From Harriotta raleighana (Eukaryota), in NCBI GenBank assembly GCA_050575255.1, contig JBNZDD010013714.1, forward strand, positions 4,743,600 through 4,807,599: a DNA stretch of 64,000 bases. The letters run 5' to 3'. Below the pieces are notes generated by a model. That model saw only the letters and a program-made list of their open reading frames with translations. It was not told where the DNA came from and ran no database searches. The position numbers and the translations under genes were made by a program. Positions 1-13,879 of the stretch are shown here, piece after piece. The stretch's first letter is position 1; each line of letters begins with the position of its first letter.

Positions 1-705
1 TGCTTTACGGTTGTCACAAAACACATGGAATGTGGCACTCTGTAATTTAGCAGTTTCTAGACATTTTTGATGGTTTGCATTGACAGCAATATCAAGTCGG
101 TAAGGCAGGGGAGATGCAAGGGATGGGAGACCACAATATGGTGCAGGTGGGATCCCAACATTTAACTCAGCAACCTTTTATTTGGCTTTAGATACTGTTG
201 TTGTTGCACTTTGGTAGAAATGTATTTTTTTCTTCTAAATATTACATCCCACCCTCACCTCTAACTATTGCCGGGTGAATTTCAATCCATTTTGGATTTT
301 GGATCCATTTTGTGAAACACGTCACCCCCTCTCCCCACCTCCCAAACACAGATGTGTGCTCACCACTAACACCAGTAGAAAAATTCTAATGTATTTCACC
401 CATCTTGTTGTGGATGATATCATGTAAATCAAGATATAATCTGTGTTTTGTCTCAAGAAACATTGGCTTGTGTCTAAATCAATATAAAACTGCCTGAATA
501 TAACAGATTCTCTGTGATCCTGTGCAACCAGGCTGTTCCCATGTCAGATGATTGCAATTTTTATTGATGAGCAAGTTACAAAATCATAAGCAAGTTTTTT
601 TAATAGAACTAGATTGTTGAATATTGTTAATCTCAGCAAAAGTGCGGAACATATTGAATCATATAAAGAAGGATTTCTGAGGGAAAGTATAATAAAGAGA
701 CACTT

Positions 706-778
706 GACTGTATTAGTTTCTGAGATGCCACCCACCGTGGAGGGCACTATATAAATGCAAATTGTCGTTGTTGTTATT
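706..778 (+). mobile_element. L2 LINE extreme 3' tail (subfamily A), 5'-truncated
   Basis: ctgagatgccacccaccgtggagggcactatataaatgcaa followed by a (GTT)n-like tail; matches the 3' end of the longer L2 at 45050-45593. Confidence 0.75.
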
Positions 779-844
779 CAAATACTTTCATTTACTTTAG
801 TGGTAATCTTGAAAATTTGATGTCATCTGCACTGATTTGCTGTG

Positions 845-882
845 CAATGAATACAATGAATACAATGAATATAATGAATACA
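845..882. repeat. 9-bp tandem repeat (CAATGAATA) x~4
   Basis: caatgaatacaatgaatacaatgaatataatgaataca read directly; produces the YSLYSLYSL run in ORF 797..1105. Confidence 0.85.
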
Positions 883-1023
883 GAATACAGAAATATGCAA
901 ATATTAAAGTCATATTTTGAAAGAATAAAGAGCACTTATTATCCTTATTACCTTCAATGCATGTAGTGGAACCTATATAAAATATAATAATCCTTGCATT
1001 TAATATAGTGCCTTTCATATAGT

Positions 1024-1134
1024 GCCTTGTATCATGTGCTTCACCTAGAATAATGTCTATTGAGCCACTATACNTGGGAGGTGAGCCTTGTATCATGTGC
1101 TTCACCTAGAATAATGTCTATTGAGCCACTATAC
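1024..1134. other. Assembly join artefact: exact 50-bp duplication around a single N
   Basis: 1024-1073 is identical to 1085-1134; N at 1074. Confidence 0.85.
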
Positions 1135-1454
1135 ATAATTTTATTATTTTACTTTATGTTTGCTTGTTTTTCTTCCTGGTTAATTGGGTTTACAGAAATG
1201 CTGAAAGAAATCTCTTTGAGGGGTGACAAATTTTGAGGAGCCCACAAATTGAGTACAGCAGGATGTTTAATCATAGTGGTGAAACCTTTATGTTTCAGCT
1301 ACAACAACGCTAGAAGAGGCAGATATAACACTAAACATTACGGAAACTTGTTGGAAACAACAAAAGCTAATATTGCCAACAGGTGCAGCCACTTTAATAT
1401 TGAATGGGTTAATCTCAGCACTAAATATGATCTTATGTCATTGATTTTAATGTT

Positions 1455-1785
1455 CCATGGCAATGCTGGGGCAGCACTCCGTTTTGGAAGTGATGTTCTT
1501 CAGATGCGATGTTAAATCGAGGTCCTGTCTGCCTATCCAAGTAGACGCTAAGAGTCCAATGGCACAATTTGAAAAGAGAAGGGAGTTTCTTGCAGTTTTG
1601 ATCAACAGTTTTGATCAACAACCCCGCAAATAAAATTGGTTATTCACTTCAAGGCTGTTTGTAGGATATTGCTGTGTGCAACTTGCGTTTCACATTCACC
1701 TACCAAATACTCAGGCATTACAATTTACAGTAGATCCTATGAAGCACTTTGAGACATACTCCTGACGTGAAATGCACAGATTATT
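1455..1785 (+). mobile_element. Old Deu-domain SINE (SacSINE1/AmnSINE1-like)
   Basis: cttcagatgcgatgttaaatcgaggtcctgtctgcc...atggcacaatttgaaaagagaagggagtt...gctgtttgtaggatattgctgtgtgcaa...gaagcactttgagac; homologous to copies at 6515, 10265, 29295 and 46878. Confidence 0.8.
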
Positions 1786-4106
1786 TTTAAAATCAGGCTG
1801 TGTGGACTTGGATATGTTGGATTTTGATACACCAGCATGTCTTCTCTCTAACATTCTGTTAGCAATTAGCACCTTAATCATTGATAGTTATGCACAATTT
1901 TTTGTGCTTGTTCAGGTGAAGAATAAATTTGCACTAATGAAAGACATAAAATTCTGCTCTTTACTCTGTTTCTAAGCATTCACTGGGCAGGAATGGCATC
2001 AATGATATTGCTGTACTCCAGTTACATTGCTGCAGCTAACCAGGGTCACAAACCTCAGATGCTAATTGGTGAAGAGCTTAATGTAAAACAATTACATTGT
2101 TGTGTATTAAAAGAGAATTTTCTTCATTGACCGAAAAAAATAAATGAATAAATACTGCATATTTCCAATTATGCAGCCCCATGAGAGCACAGAATCAAGA
2201 TCTCCATTTGATTTAAATAAATAAAAATATGTTTAGCATAGCGTACCACACAATTCATGAATTATTTCTGATTCAGTGCGTCTTGTGTGTTCTCTTAAAA
2301 AAACACACACAAACTGGAAATAATATGAGCAGTGGACTCTTTTAGTTTCATGACTAGGGGGTGCAATAGTGTGATGCAGCATCTCTCCCGTATTCAGCCG
2401 CACTCGAACGGCAAAGCTGCCAATCTAAATCGAGTGATCTGTCATTTTGACTGCACTATTGTTACAAAGTGCAGCATCCCTCACACATTGAGTGTGACGT
2501 TGCTACCCTATAGCTTTGGTTTGCTCTCGAACTCAAATGATCCATTTAATTTAGGAAGGATTTAACCACTGCCCCACACTGTCAAAAAAAAAGCACCATC
2601 TGAAAAGTGTGGATTTAGCTCCTGCAATGTTATGTTAGAGTAGAATCTGGTGCCGTCTGGTGCTAGGTTAAAGCCAGCCCTGGTGTATCCTAATAAGAAT
2701 TAGGCTGGTTTAAACAGTTTAAATCAAATCCCCACTCACCTTCTGTCCCAAGATACTCGACAGCGCATATGTCAGAGTAGAATTTAATATGGTTATAAAT
2801 GAATGTTCCTGTGTCTCTTGTGCTGGAAGAAAGGACAAAGAGAGGATTAAAGCAGGAGGTACAACTTTAATTTGTTCTCTATCCAATGACAGATGGGACC
2901 ATTTGAGGATATCGTTTTAAAATATAACACATTTTTATATTTCAGAGTGGTCGGTTTAGGAATGTGGACTTCCACAGTGTGCTTTATCTAATTGCCATGT
3001 TTGTGAATCATATCCTTGACAGCTCAGTTATTTGAGTAGAAACCTTGAGAAAAGAAGGATCTGGATTTGAATCCTGGGAATCCAAAGAGATTCTAGCAAA
3101 GTTAGAGAGGCCAGCAGCAATCTAAAGCATTGTACTGTACATAGTTGGTTGCTATTCTGTTTTACCAACTGGACCTAGACACGTAAGAATGTTCTCAGTG
3201 GTTATGTTGGCCCTAGTTAGACATTTTGATCAAATCTCCTCTCTTAAACAATGTGATTAACAGATGCTTTGAAATTGTAATTTGGTTGGATATAATCTAA
3301 TGTATAAAGACAATTGTGGTCACACATGTGTTCGCTAACTCAAGTGAACTTCTTTTTCCATGTTTACGATGCAAAATCCAGTTTGAAGTGTGCAGTGAAA
3401 TGACAGCTAGTAATTGTAAACATTGTATGATTTTATTAATCTGGCCAATTTAATACCACTTTGTTCTCAAACGTTTTGGTGTGATTTAAAACCTGGACCT
3501 GGGGCCAAAGACACCAGCTGAAGATGTCAACTTTAACTCCTTTGGGTATAGAAGCTGATCTATTCTATATTTTCTCTGCAGCCCTGGAGTTCATGAAGGT
3601 GTTGTACTGTTAGTTCTGTGCAATTTGTAACAATTCTGAACATTTCAGGCAACTGATTAGTGAGGTGCTTGTTAACTATCTTCAACACCAATTGAATATG
3701 TGACTTTGTTTACTATTGGACTTTAAAATTACAGAGCGCTGCAACTTTAATATGTAATCGAATGGAGAATTGGGAGGAAGCCAAGTCAAAGGAAGGACAA
3801 GGCAGGACAGTGGACTGAAACAGGGAGAAAATGGGTTATTAGATACCCAGAGTGAATTTAACTATAAACTCTACAACAAGGGACATGGTTTGTGTTTTCA
3901 ATAGAGAAGGTGAAGGAAGTTAAATGAATAGATTAGAAGAGATTTAATTGTTTTGGACAGAAGTGATAAATGAGTACAAAAGGACTGCTGTGGGTTATGG
4001 CAGAGGACAACAACATCTGTAAATTCATAAAGGAACAGGATAGAATTTGAGTGAAAGATCTCAAATTGGACAATTGAACCTTGAGACCAGCCAGGTAGAT
4101 TGCACT

Positions 4107-4416
4107 AATAATAATCCTTGCATTTGATATAGCGCTTTTTATGTCTTCCAGGCGTCTCATAGAGCTTCACAGAATATACTGTAAAGTGAATTGACTGTAT
4201 ATGTGTGGGCAAAACGCGGCAGCCAAATGCGCACAGCAGTGTCCCACAGTCATAGATTGAAATGACCAATTTATTATTGGGTTTTTTCTTGAGGGATTAG
4301 TATCAGGTGTGTGGAGTAAGGAAACTTGTCGAAGGTTTCACCCTGACCTGCCGGGAATCAAACCCATGTCTCTAGCTTCCGAGGCGAGTGCTTTAACCAC
4401 TGAGCTACGGGGCTCC
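4107..4416 (-). mobile_element. tRNA-derived SINE, short form, full length
   Basis: Reverse complement begins ggagccccgtagctcagtggttaaagcactcgcc (A box) and ends in gcgctatatcaaatgcaaggattattatt; co-linear with 27834-28170. Confidence 0.9.
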
Positions 4417-5416
4417 ACATATGTTCCTATGAATAGGTGTTGAGGGGGGAATGGAACTGAACATTGCTCCCAATAAATAGTTGTTTCTCAATTATTTAAT
4501 AGATAGATCATTCATTATGATAGTCTTTACATTCAAAGATTCTGTTAAGATACTTCAGACTTGCACGTTGCATTCCACATAGCTAATGTTGGACTAAATA
4601 TTGGGTTTGTGCTAATTTTCTCCTGCAGACTCTAGGCCCAGGTTGCTAAATCTGATTTATGAGTAACTCTTAAAAGCTGTCAGCAAAACTTTCATCTCCT
4701 TTCCGTAGGTTCGATGCATTGGATTAACATATATTGCAGAGGGCAAAGGGGGAGTGCAATGAAGAGACTGAGAAAAATATGATCTGAGCCAACTGTTCCA
4801 GACTGTTGAGATCGGATGATGTTTTTAAATAGAACAAAATAATAAACCTGTAAACCTTTTTCTGCAACTTGGTGACTGATAGTCCTGGTTCTATCCTGTC
4901 GTATAATAGACAGTATTATGGGGTGTGAGACAGACAATTTATACAAACTGCAATTCCAATGTTAATCAGTTAATATCATGTTAAGTACCACATAACTGAT
5001 ATTCAGCTCAATAGACTTATTCTAATTGAAACAGGCAAGTTCTTGGAATGATTGGGTAGAAGACTGAACCTTTCTTTGTGATGTCTAGTGTTGTCATGTT
5101 CTAATTCAAAATGGTAGAATAAAGGATTTACCTTCAAGTCCCAAGATTTCCTCTAATTCTGTACAACTTTGATGCATCAACGAAGCAGTTTTAGCAATTT
5201 GATGATTGAATTTCAAAATAAGAGTAAGTATAATTTTAATGTTTAATAAGTCTCCATTTGGGATTCTAAAATATTTTTTAGAATTGAATTAAGTGCTCAG
5301 GCAAAAGACTTCCTAATTCATTTGAATGTTGCTCCGATGTTTGGATCCAATGGTAATCCAGTTGCTAATGAGATTTACCTTGGAAACCAAGAAATCTGGT
5401 TATGAATGTTCATTAA

Positions 5417-5791
5417 AATAATAATAATATTTATAACCAGTGCATTTGATATTGTGCCTAACCACATCTTCAAGACACCTCACAGTGCTTCACAGAATAT
5501 ACAAAGTGAATTGACAGTATATTTTGTGGGAGAAACACAGCAGCCAATTGCACGCATCAGTTGTCCCACAAATAGTTGTGAATTTAGTGACCAAATTTTT
5601 AAAAAAGGATTATTACCCCCTGAAAAGTGATCCACCAATTGACTAAGAACCAGGTATCTACTTACTGCTAAGTAAACACGGGTATGTGGAGTAAGAAAAC
5701 TGAAATTTGCCCAACATTTTGTCCTGCCTGGAATTGAACCCAGGTCTCTCGCTTACGAGGCGAGTACACTAACCACTGAGCTACAGGACTC
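5417..5791 (-). mobile_element. tRNA-derived SINE, long form (tRNA head + CORE-like + Deu-like + L2 tail; resembles elephant-shark SINE2-1_CM as recalled)
   Basis: Head gagtcctgtagctcagtggttagtgtactcgcc, B box ggttcaattcc, extra ~60-bp internal segment (5618-5682) absent from the short form, (ATT)n tail. Confidence 0.85.
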
Positions 5792-6127
5792 AAAATATCT
5801 TCTGAGCTCATGAAATGGCAAGACTGAGTAATCAGGGATTCAGTGAAGATTTATAAGCATAATCTGACTCAGATATAGTACCTGCACATAAATTTAACCA
5901 ACAGAGCATTTCTATCCGTTAAAAAGCAAACCATTTTGCCATTCTTTTATAAAGACCCATTTTTGAGACACCCCAATTGCTTCTTCCCATTTCATTTTAT
6001 GGTTCATTGCAATTTCTCCCACACATCTCATCTAAATGGACCTAGACTAATAGGATAGGATCTCATTTTTGTGACTTCTTCCAAGCTTTTGAGGTCATAA
6101 GCAAGCTGATAGATAATATCTTCGTAT

Positions 6128-6200
6128 TATCCAGTGCCTTGGGACGTCCTCCCGACGTGAAAGGCACTCTATAAATGTTATTTGGTTGTTGTAGTTGTTT
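6128..6200 (+). mobile_element. L2 3' tail (subfamily B)
   Basis: ccagtgccttgggacgtcctcccgacgtgaaaggcactctataaatg followed by a (GTT)n-like tail. Confidence 0.85.
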
Positions 6201-6514
6201 GTATGCCATGGGGACAAAAGTTCCTCGTGAGCGCTGGAGGCTGAGTGCTGCCAAAGCCACTACTTTTTTTTAAAAGTTCAAAATAAATTGGTAAATAACA
6301 AGCGGGGAAAACATGAGCAATGGATAACCTTCCACACAGTGTGCCAACATGTTGCTATTAATGTTCATCGAAAAGCTCAGCTGCTTTACGTCATAGTCAA
6401 CACAGTACTGGAAGTAATCACTTACGTTTTACAAATCTACTGGAAGTCTTTGCAATAGTAAGTGAGCTTTCAGCCATTCTGCCCCTGCTCCCTCGAACTC
6501 CATCCCAGTTCTCA

Positions 6515-6831
6515 CTGTGCACTGCATTGTTCGAGGTGCCATTCTTCAGATAAGACATTAAAGTGAGGTCCCAACTCCTTGTTCAGATGGACATTAAGAT
6601 CCTGTGGCACAATTTGAAAAGAGAAAAAATTCTGTCAGTGTCCTGGCTGACAATCCCCCAAACTAAATAGACTATTCATTTCATGGCCATTTGTGGGACA
6701 TTGTTACATGCAAATTGTTGTGTTTGTCTACAAGTACACGGTCTTACATTTCACAATAAAATCCTGTGCTACATTTTGAGATGGGTCGATTATGTGATAA
6801 GATTTAATACCAAATGCAAGGATAATTATTA
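6515..6831 (+). mobile_element. Old Deu-domain SINE (SacSINE1-like)
   Basis: ctgcattgttcgaggtgccattcttcagataagacattaaagtgaggtccc...tttgtgggacattg...ccaaatgcaaggataattatt. Confidence 0.8.
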
Positions 6832-6911
6832 AGTAGACAGAGGATTGTCAAATTAAGTTTAATTTGGAAGAATGCATTGTAATTCCTTAGCTACAGCAAG
6901 TATGAAACATA

Positions 6912-7234
6912 ACAATAATAATAATAATCCTTGCATTTGATATAGCACTTTTCACATCTTATCGACGTTCCAAAGCGCTTCACAGAATATACTGTAAAGT
7001 GAATTGACTGTATGTTTGTGGATGGAATGTGGCAGCCAATTGCGCACAGCAGTGTCCCACAAACAGTCATGTATTGAAATGACCAATTTTATTATTGTGG
7101 TTTTTTTGGAGGGTTTATTATTAGGCATGTGGAGTGAGGAAACTTGCCCAAGGTTTCGACCTGATTTGCCTGGATTTGAACACAGGCACATGCTTGTAAG
7201 GCGAGTACTATAACCACTGAGCCACATGAGTTCC
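6912..7234 (-). mobile_element. tRNA-derived SINE, short form, full length
   Basis: Close reverse complement of 27834-28170; ORFs 7004..7213 and 27820..28074 encode near-identical peptides. Confidence 0.92.
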
Positions 7235-7478
7235 ACTAAGCTCCACAAAACATGCACATAATAGATGGGATGTCTACTGATAAAGGAAAGTAAAAACGAA
7301 GATTTTGGTTTAACTATCAACCATTCAGCACAGTATTCATAGCAATGCAAGATCATTGTCAAAAAGACAAATTAAGTACTTGATTACCAGCCAATATGCA
7401 TTCTTTTAACCTTTGATGTCCTTGGTAAGATTACATGTGAGGCATCATGTGCAAATCTGTGTGTGTCAGCTTAAAAAG

Positions 7479-7581
7479 TTGATGCAAGATTCAGAGAAAA
7501 ATGAGACGCATGATTGTGTGAGTTGAANGACATTGATGCAAGATTCAGAGAAAAATGAGACGCATGATTGTGTGAGTTGAA
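7479..7581. other. Assembly join artefact: exact 49-bp duplication around a single N
   Basis: 7479-7527 is identical to 7533-7581; N at 7528. Confidence 0.85.
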
Positions 7582-7919
7582 ACATATGGTTCAGAGGATT
7601 TGCTGGCGGCATTGAATTGGTTCTTATTGGGAAAGGGAATATTAAAGAGATATGATCCAGGCTTCCAAAATGCTGTGAGATTTGGCTAAGAGGGTACAAA
7701 TAAATTTTGAGCTTAAACTGATTACAGGGTAAGAAGGCAAAAATATTTCCTGGGACGACTGTTGGCAAATAGACAATTGGGGCATTTAAATATGTACTTG
7801 GTAGTTAGAGGCATCAAACGGGTATTCGAGAGTCCAAGGTAAAGGATGGAAATTTGGGATTGGGATAGATGGCTTTATTTAAGAACACATAGCTCACTAA
7901 TGCATAGGTTAGAGGCCCT

Positions 7920-7983
7920 CCAAGCTCTCTGAGATGCCGTCCAGCGTGGAGGACGCTATATAAATCGAAGTTGTTGTTGTTGT
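7920..7983 (+). mobile_element. L2 3' tail (subfamily A)
   Basis: ctctgagatgccgtccagcgtggaggacgctatataaatcgaagttgttgttgttg. Confidence 0.85.
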
Positions 7984-8757
7984 GCTGTAGATTTCTATGG
8001 CTTCTGTGAGGCAAATTAGTAAACCCTCAAAGTAATGTTAGTGATTTGAAAAAGTGGTAAGTAAATACTGTATGTCCAATCGACCATAAACATAAGCAGT
8101 TGATCAAGAGCTGGTTCACTTCTTTTAATAGGACCTAATTTTATGTCTGTTTAACAGAAGGATTAAATGTTTTGTCTTTCATGTCATCCTACATAATCAA
8201 ACATTAAACAGAGTACTATTGACCAGCCCTATTGGACCAATAGAAATGTCACTTAATCTAAGTAGTTCACAGATGAAAAATTTAGAATAAGTCTAACATC
8301 TTGGAGTTTTGTTTGGACTCCCTTTAAAAGTTTAGGGGAAATCCCAGTGTTTTTTAAGTTTTCACTTCCTGTTACTCAATTCCATCAGCGAACTCATAAT
8401 TATGCAGACTTTGTGTCATTTATTGCAAGAGGTAACTCAATCGGCCAAATGGACTTTTTCTAAGTAACATAACAGTATAGCGAAGCCACAGATGATAACA
8501 CAAACTGGAGATTACCAGTTGCTGAGAGCAAAATTGGCTTTGGAGAACTAGTACCGGTCTTGTCAAGCCCACATCAAACTTTGTTCAACAAGAGACCATA
8601 ATCTCCATTCATTCCTAAACTCCTTCCCCTTCGATCTTATGTTGTTAACGATCGTCTCTTGACAGTCAGTAGGTGGCACTGAAGCGCAGCCCAAGGTAGG
8701 TCCTCTACTGATTCCATTGACTCCAACAACCACACACCTTGCTTGTGCTAATGTATT

Positions 8758-9190
8758 CAACAACAACAACTTACACTTACATAATGTCCTCCACACAGGG
8801 TAGTGACTCGGAGCCTGACTCCAAGCCTGGAGGTGCGAGATGGCTGTATAGCATGGTCGAAGAGGAAAGTTTTCAGGCGAGACTTGAAAGGTGATGGGGG
8901 GAGGGTGCGGACGACAAAGCAAAGGGAATGAGGAGGGTGTTCCGGAGCCTTAGGGCGTGGCTGAAAGCGCGACCTCTGGTAGTGGGAGGTCGGAGGGTGC
9001 GAGGGATGAGCAGGAGGCCGATGCCAGTCAAGCAGATGTGCCAGGTGCTGTATTGGGGAGTGAGGAGGTTGGAGAGGTAGGGAGGTACTAGGGAGTGAAT
9101 AGATTTGAACACGAGTGTGAGGATCTTGTTGGAGTTGATCCATTCAGTGATGAGCCAGTGGAGCCTGGCCAGAACTGGTATTGGGGCTCA
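8758..9190 (-). mobile_element. L2 LINE 3' fragment (ORF2 C-terminus + 3'UTR)
   Basis: Frameshifted peptides FKSIHSLVPPYLSNLL, GRAFSH and FKSRLKTFLF are typical of the L2 ORF2 end; (CAA)n tail at 8758. Confidence 0.92.
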
Positions 9191-10264
9191 GGGCCCTTGA
9201 TGGGATCAGTAAGTTGACAATTGATGGCAGCTCTAATATCAACATCAACTGAGATGGAACTTTCACTGTATGTAAGTTATAGAAGATATCTTTGCGTTCG
9301 GTTATAATAACATAATTTTAAAACACCTTTGGTTTTTACATCTGCAGATAATAAGATGAGTGACAATAGGTGTCAAAGAGATACAGTCTTGCCATAACCA
9401 AGTTTTTTTTAACATGAAAGATATCATTGAAGATGGCAGAGCTGGTCGGCATTATTACATTTCGAAAGCATTGGTGTGATGCTTTGCTTTAATTGAATGC
9501 TGTTCTTTATTGAAAGAAAAGTGCAGCCTTTTGTTACTGCTTTTCAATGGCAACCTGTTTGTCCAAATGGCAGAACTGAGCAGAATGGTTCTCACTATTC
9601 AGCATAGCCAAATACTGGAAACAGTTGCTCCATTTTGTTAGATGAAAAGGTAGATCTTAAGAAGAATGCAATCTTATCAGGGATAACAGTACTTAGGAAC
9701 AGATTGTGATGTCTCAAAATGTTTGCCTTAAAAGTGAAATTGTTCTGAGAGGCATCCAGGCTAGATTCTAGATAAAAGATAAGAGCAAAGATCAAGCAGT
9801 TTATGATTGTCAGAAGAGTCACTAGGATGAATTACTGTGCTAGAGTCATTGGCCCATTGTTGCTTCTACTTGTGGTTATTGATGTCAGGGTTCAGAAAAG
9901 GAACACTTCACACTTGTCAGCTTCAAACACTGCCAAGAATGAATTCTGGTGATGTCCTGGTTAGCTATTTTAAAATATGCCAAGTGACAAGGAATCTCAA
10001 AGGTAGCAGAATAACCATATAGAACAGCTTAGACACTGATTAGGTTGCATCCAGCAATACAACATGTCCATTTCCCATACCACATGTCCTTATTTATGGC
10101 TGTCAAAATGAGATTGTCAAATTTGTGCCATATAGTGCTGAATTATATGACATTGTGTGTTGTGAGATTACAATAAATGGAAATTGTTTTGAGATGATCT
10201 AAAGTGGCTACTTGGGATATTTATGGGTGATAGAGAGAGAGGAGCAATTCAACCCAAGAAAAGA

Positions 10265-10692
10265 AAGCCACGGTCAATTGATAGCATTCTCACCCCTGAA
10301 TCGGAAGGTTTTAAGTACAAGCCCCATGTCAAGACTTGAACCCCACATTCTGGGCTGATTTCTCAATGCATTGCTCGGTGGGTGTTGCTGGGGGGTGGTG
10401 GTGGGGAGGGGTGGGTGGGGGGTAGAGGGAGAGCTGCCTTGCTTTGATGAGATGCTAAACCTTAGCTCCGTCTGTCTGTTCAGGTGGATGTTAAAGATCT
10501 CATGGCACTATTCGAAAAGGGAAGGGAGTTCTTTTGGTGTTTTGCCTGACAATCTGCCAAATCAAATTGATCATTCACTTCATGGTTGTTTGTAAGACTT
10601 GGCTGGGTTGATTGGATGCTGGGTTCACCTACATATGTTGAGCCATCCTCCCAATGTGAAAGGTGATATACCAAACGTAGGGATTGTAATTA
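10265..10692 (+). mobile_element. Old Deu-domain SINE, near full length, with an internal G-rich expansion
   Basis: tRNA-like head (ctcacccctgaatcggaaggtt...acaagcccca); gatgagatgctaaacc...caggtggatgttaaagatctcatggcactattcgaa; decayed tail. Confidence 0.8.
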
Positions 10693-11299
10693 ACATTTGT
10701 TTTTCAACCATTTTGCAGCCACAGATCCTGGGATAGATTGTTAATCATGTAATTCCTTCAGACTGTTAATGCAACGTAAAAATCCGGTTAAACTTGGACA
10801 CTGGAGTCAGGCAAAAAAATCTGTTCTTGGAGAGGACATTATTCTTCATGTTCAGGAATAAATATTCATAGTTTTCAATTATTGACTAGCAAAAGCGCTT
10901 TAAAGTGCATACAGAAGACACTTTCCTCGACACATCAAACTGACCCTGTGGATTTCACTTCTCTCTTTGTATTGGTTCAAAAGTCAGTGTAAAATTAGGT
11001 CTTGCCTGACAACCAGCCAAGCTGTTTTAATTGCGTTGATCAGAGATTGTCTTTCAACTCGTGCAGACATTGTGAGCTTGACTGTGGCCTGTGCAGTGAG
11101 TTTATAGGTGTGGGTGGGGCTGACAGTCATGCCCAGTGATTACATTTGAAAAGCTACAGTATGCCGCCTTGCTCTTTTAAAATATGTTAGGGGATGAGGA
11201 GTCTCAAAGATGGCAGAATAAACTGCCATTTGACTAACTCCAGGATCAGCATTTTGCAAGTTTCCTTTGGCATGAATTACACTTCACTTTACAATATGT

Positions 11300-11470
11300 C
11301 GATATTTGCCTGTACATTACACAATCACTACACTTTACAGTATATCTGTGTAGCATTTTGAGAGGTCATCTTGAAGTGAAAGGCTAAATCAATTATTATT
11401 AGTATACAGCTCTAGCGCCTTGGGACATCCGACATAAAAGACATTATGTAAATGTAATTTGTTGTTGTTG
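11300..11470 (+). mobile_element. SINE 3' remnant followed directly by an L2 subfamily B tail
   Basis: cactacactttacagtatatctgtgtagcattttgaga...attattatt, then gcgccttgggacatcc...aaatgtaatttgttgttgttg. Confidence 0.65.
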
Positions 11471-13354
11471 ATCCAACTACACAGTTACCTCGGACATGTT
11501 TAGGTTTATTGCTCATTGATGGCTCTGACCAATGCTTTTTAAAGAAGGAGAATTACACAGACTGCACTGCTCATTTTTTCTCAGTTCCACCAGAAACCCA
11601 TGCCTACTGCATGAGCATTGCATCACAGAGTAATTCAATGAGTTGTAGGTGATACTTGGCATGTACCTAATTTGGTGTAAGCTCTGTATCTGAATGTGAA
11701 ACAGATATTCTTTGTGATTAGAGTACTTCCTAGTTTGTACAGAAGTAGAATAAGGGCTTTGAAAGGGCACTGCGATCATTCACATCTTAAAATGGAACCC
11801 TAAGTGCTTCAAACTGATAAATGATTGTCACCTGAGGGTTTTGTTACCATTTAATGTGGCAAATTTGAGTCTTTGGCAGAGCAATAAGTTACAGCAAAAT
11901 CTCAGCCAGAGCCAGCAATCGGTAATAAACCCAACATGCCAGAGTTGACTGTGGAGCATTAATTTGTGCCTAAGGAAAGTTTCACAAATTGCTGTTGCTG
12001 GAATGGGTCAAATGCCAGTTTACGCTGCCACCTTTGAGATTGCTTGGCACTGGAGGCTGTTTTGCAGAGAGAAGTCTCGTTAGAATCCTCTCCTCGCTGT
12101 TCTTCCACAAAGATCTAATATTTGAACATTCAAATGAGGACAAATCGCGCATTTATACATGTATGTACACTTTGGAGGCATCAAGATTGAACACTGTTGT
12201 ATATAATTCTGTGCCTTTTTCAGTTCTCACTTACACAGAGTATTCTGCTCTCTTGAATTGATAATGTTTGGCTAAACGATTCTGTCTGACATTATATTTC
12301 ATGAAGTGTAAATTATACTCTAAGGCCCAAGGCTTTGAAGTGGCATTTGAAGTCATCATTGGGGACGTTTTTCTTTTACCTGTCTACTGGCCGTTCGCCC
12401 AGAAGTTTGAACTAATGGATAACTGGTGTTCCAGTTGTAATACAAATGTCAGATCTATACAGCTTTTTTCTTCTGTGTGACAGTCGTTAAATTTAAATGG
12501 AGATAAGAAATTGATCTGTATTTAAGGGGGTTAAAGACCCTCTGCTAACTTTGGATCTTTATGACCTGCTCATTATAGTTATTATATGCTAACAGGACCA
12601 CTAATGAGAAGCTCTAAAACTGTCTGTGTGTGGCATCCATCATTTCAGCTAAGGAAACGGAAGCAGTAATCTTGATGAGGGAAGGGGAGAGAGGGTAGAA
12701 AAATAAGAAGACACTAATAATAATTACAGCCAAATGTGCTTTGCGTCATTTGTTCAATTACTTAAATGATTTTTGAATTTGGTTACGCCCTTTGTCTTAA
12801 AGCTTTTGGATGATGCAGTGGTGTCTTGCATAATGTACTAACCTTAGACTACTGGGGGTGTGAGGTTCGTGACCCAGTGATGTCAGATACTTGAACTCCA
12901 GTACCTCACGTGCTTTGACTTTCATTAATTCTCAGTTACAATTGCTTGTAAGCTTCATCTTCACCTAGAAAACCACTGACAAACTCATCTCTGTCATTTT
13001 ATGTCAGCATGTGTTTGGCTTGGTTGCTTTATATCATGATATTGGCAGCATGGAATATGGAGGAATCAGCAATTTTCTGCCAATTATTAGCAGGAGAGAA
13101 TAATCTGAGTGACAAAGTCTGTAAACAAAATGGGAAGTAGTGAGTGGCAGAGGTTGGATGTAACATCTTATACTGTACTACAGTGTAACTTGATTTTTTT
13201 TTACAACTGTATCCCTAGTTGAGGTAATTAAAGCAGAAATGCAAACACTAATATTTCTCAATTGTATCATTTCTTGGTCAATATGAAGAATAAGGTTTGC
13301 TGTAAGGTCAAAGGTAATTCAGTTGCATCTGATAATCTTGGATAAATAATAGCG

Positions 13355-13503
13355 ATAATTCATTTCATAGTGGGACATTGCTGTGTGTAAATTGTCTTTT
13401 GCATTCAGCCACAAAACACACCATACTTCACAGTGGATCCAGCAATGTGTTTTGAGACACCCCTGACGTGATAGGCGCTGCACCAAATATAAGGATTTTA
13501 TTT
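13355..13503 (+). mobile_element. Deu-SINE 3' fragment
   Basis: gtgggacattgctgtgtgtaaattg...tttgagacacccctgacgtgataggcgctgcaccaaatataaggatt. Confidence 0.7.
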
Positions 13504-13879
13504 ACTTGGCAAAAAATTCTCCAATACTGTATTATGATGCAGTGGCAAAAAGAGTTAAAAAATGATTTTTCTGAAGATGTAATATCTGGCAGTTGTCCTG
13601 TTATTTAATGTTTCCAATGTCATGTTAAGTTAAGGTTAATTAAAGTAATTGGGACCTAAAGTTAAATATGGATTGTAACTGAGAATTCCAACATTCAGTA
13701 TGATTAAATTGAATGACTCATTTATTCAACTGAGTTGTTGTTATGAAGTAGAAACTGGAGAGAAAGGTGAGGTGGCCAGAGATGCGTTCAAAGAACATTT
13801 ACCATCTTACAAAGCAACAGAACTAGTTTCAGGGATAACTTAATAATAACTATACTTCATAATCCTTGGATTTGATATG

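Noticed and set aside
273-401. Possible MITE with gggtgaatttca / tgtatttcaccc termini
   Set aside because: Only 10/12 inverted match, no TSD and no clear second copy in the window.
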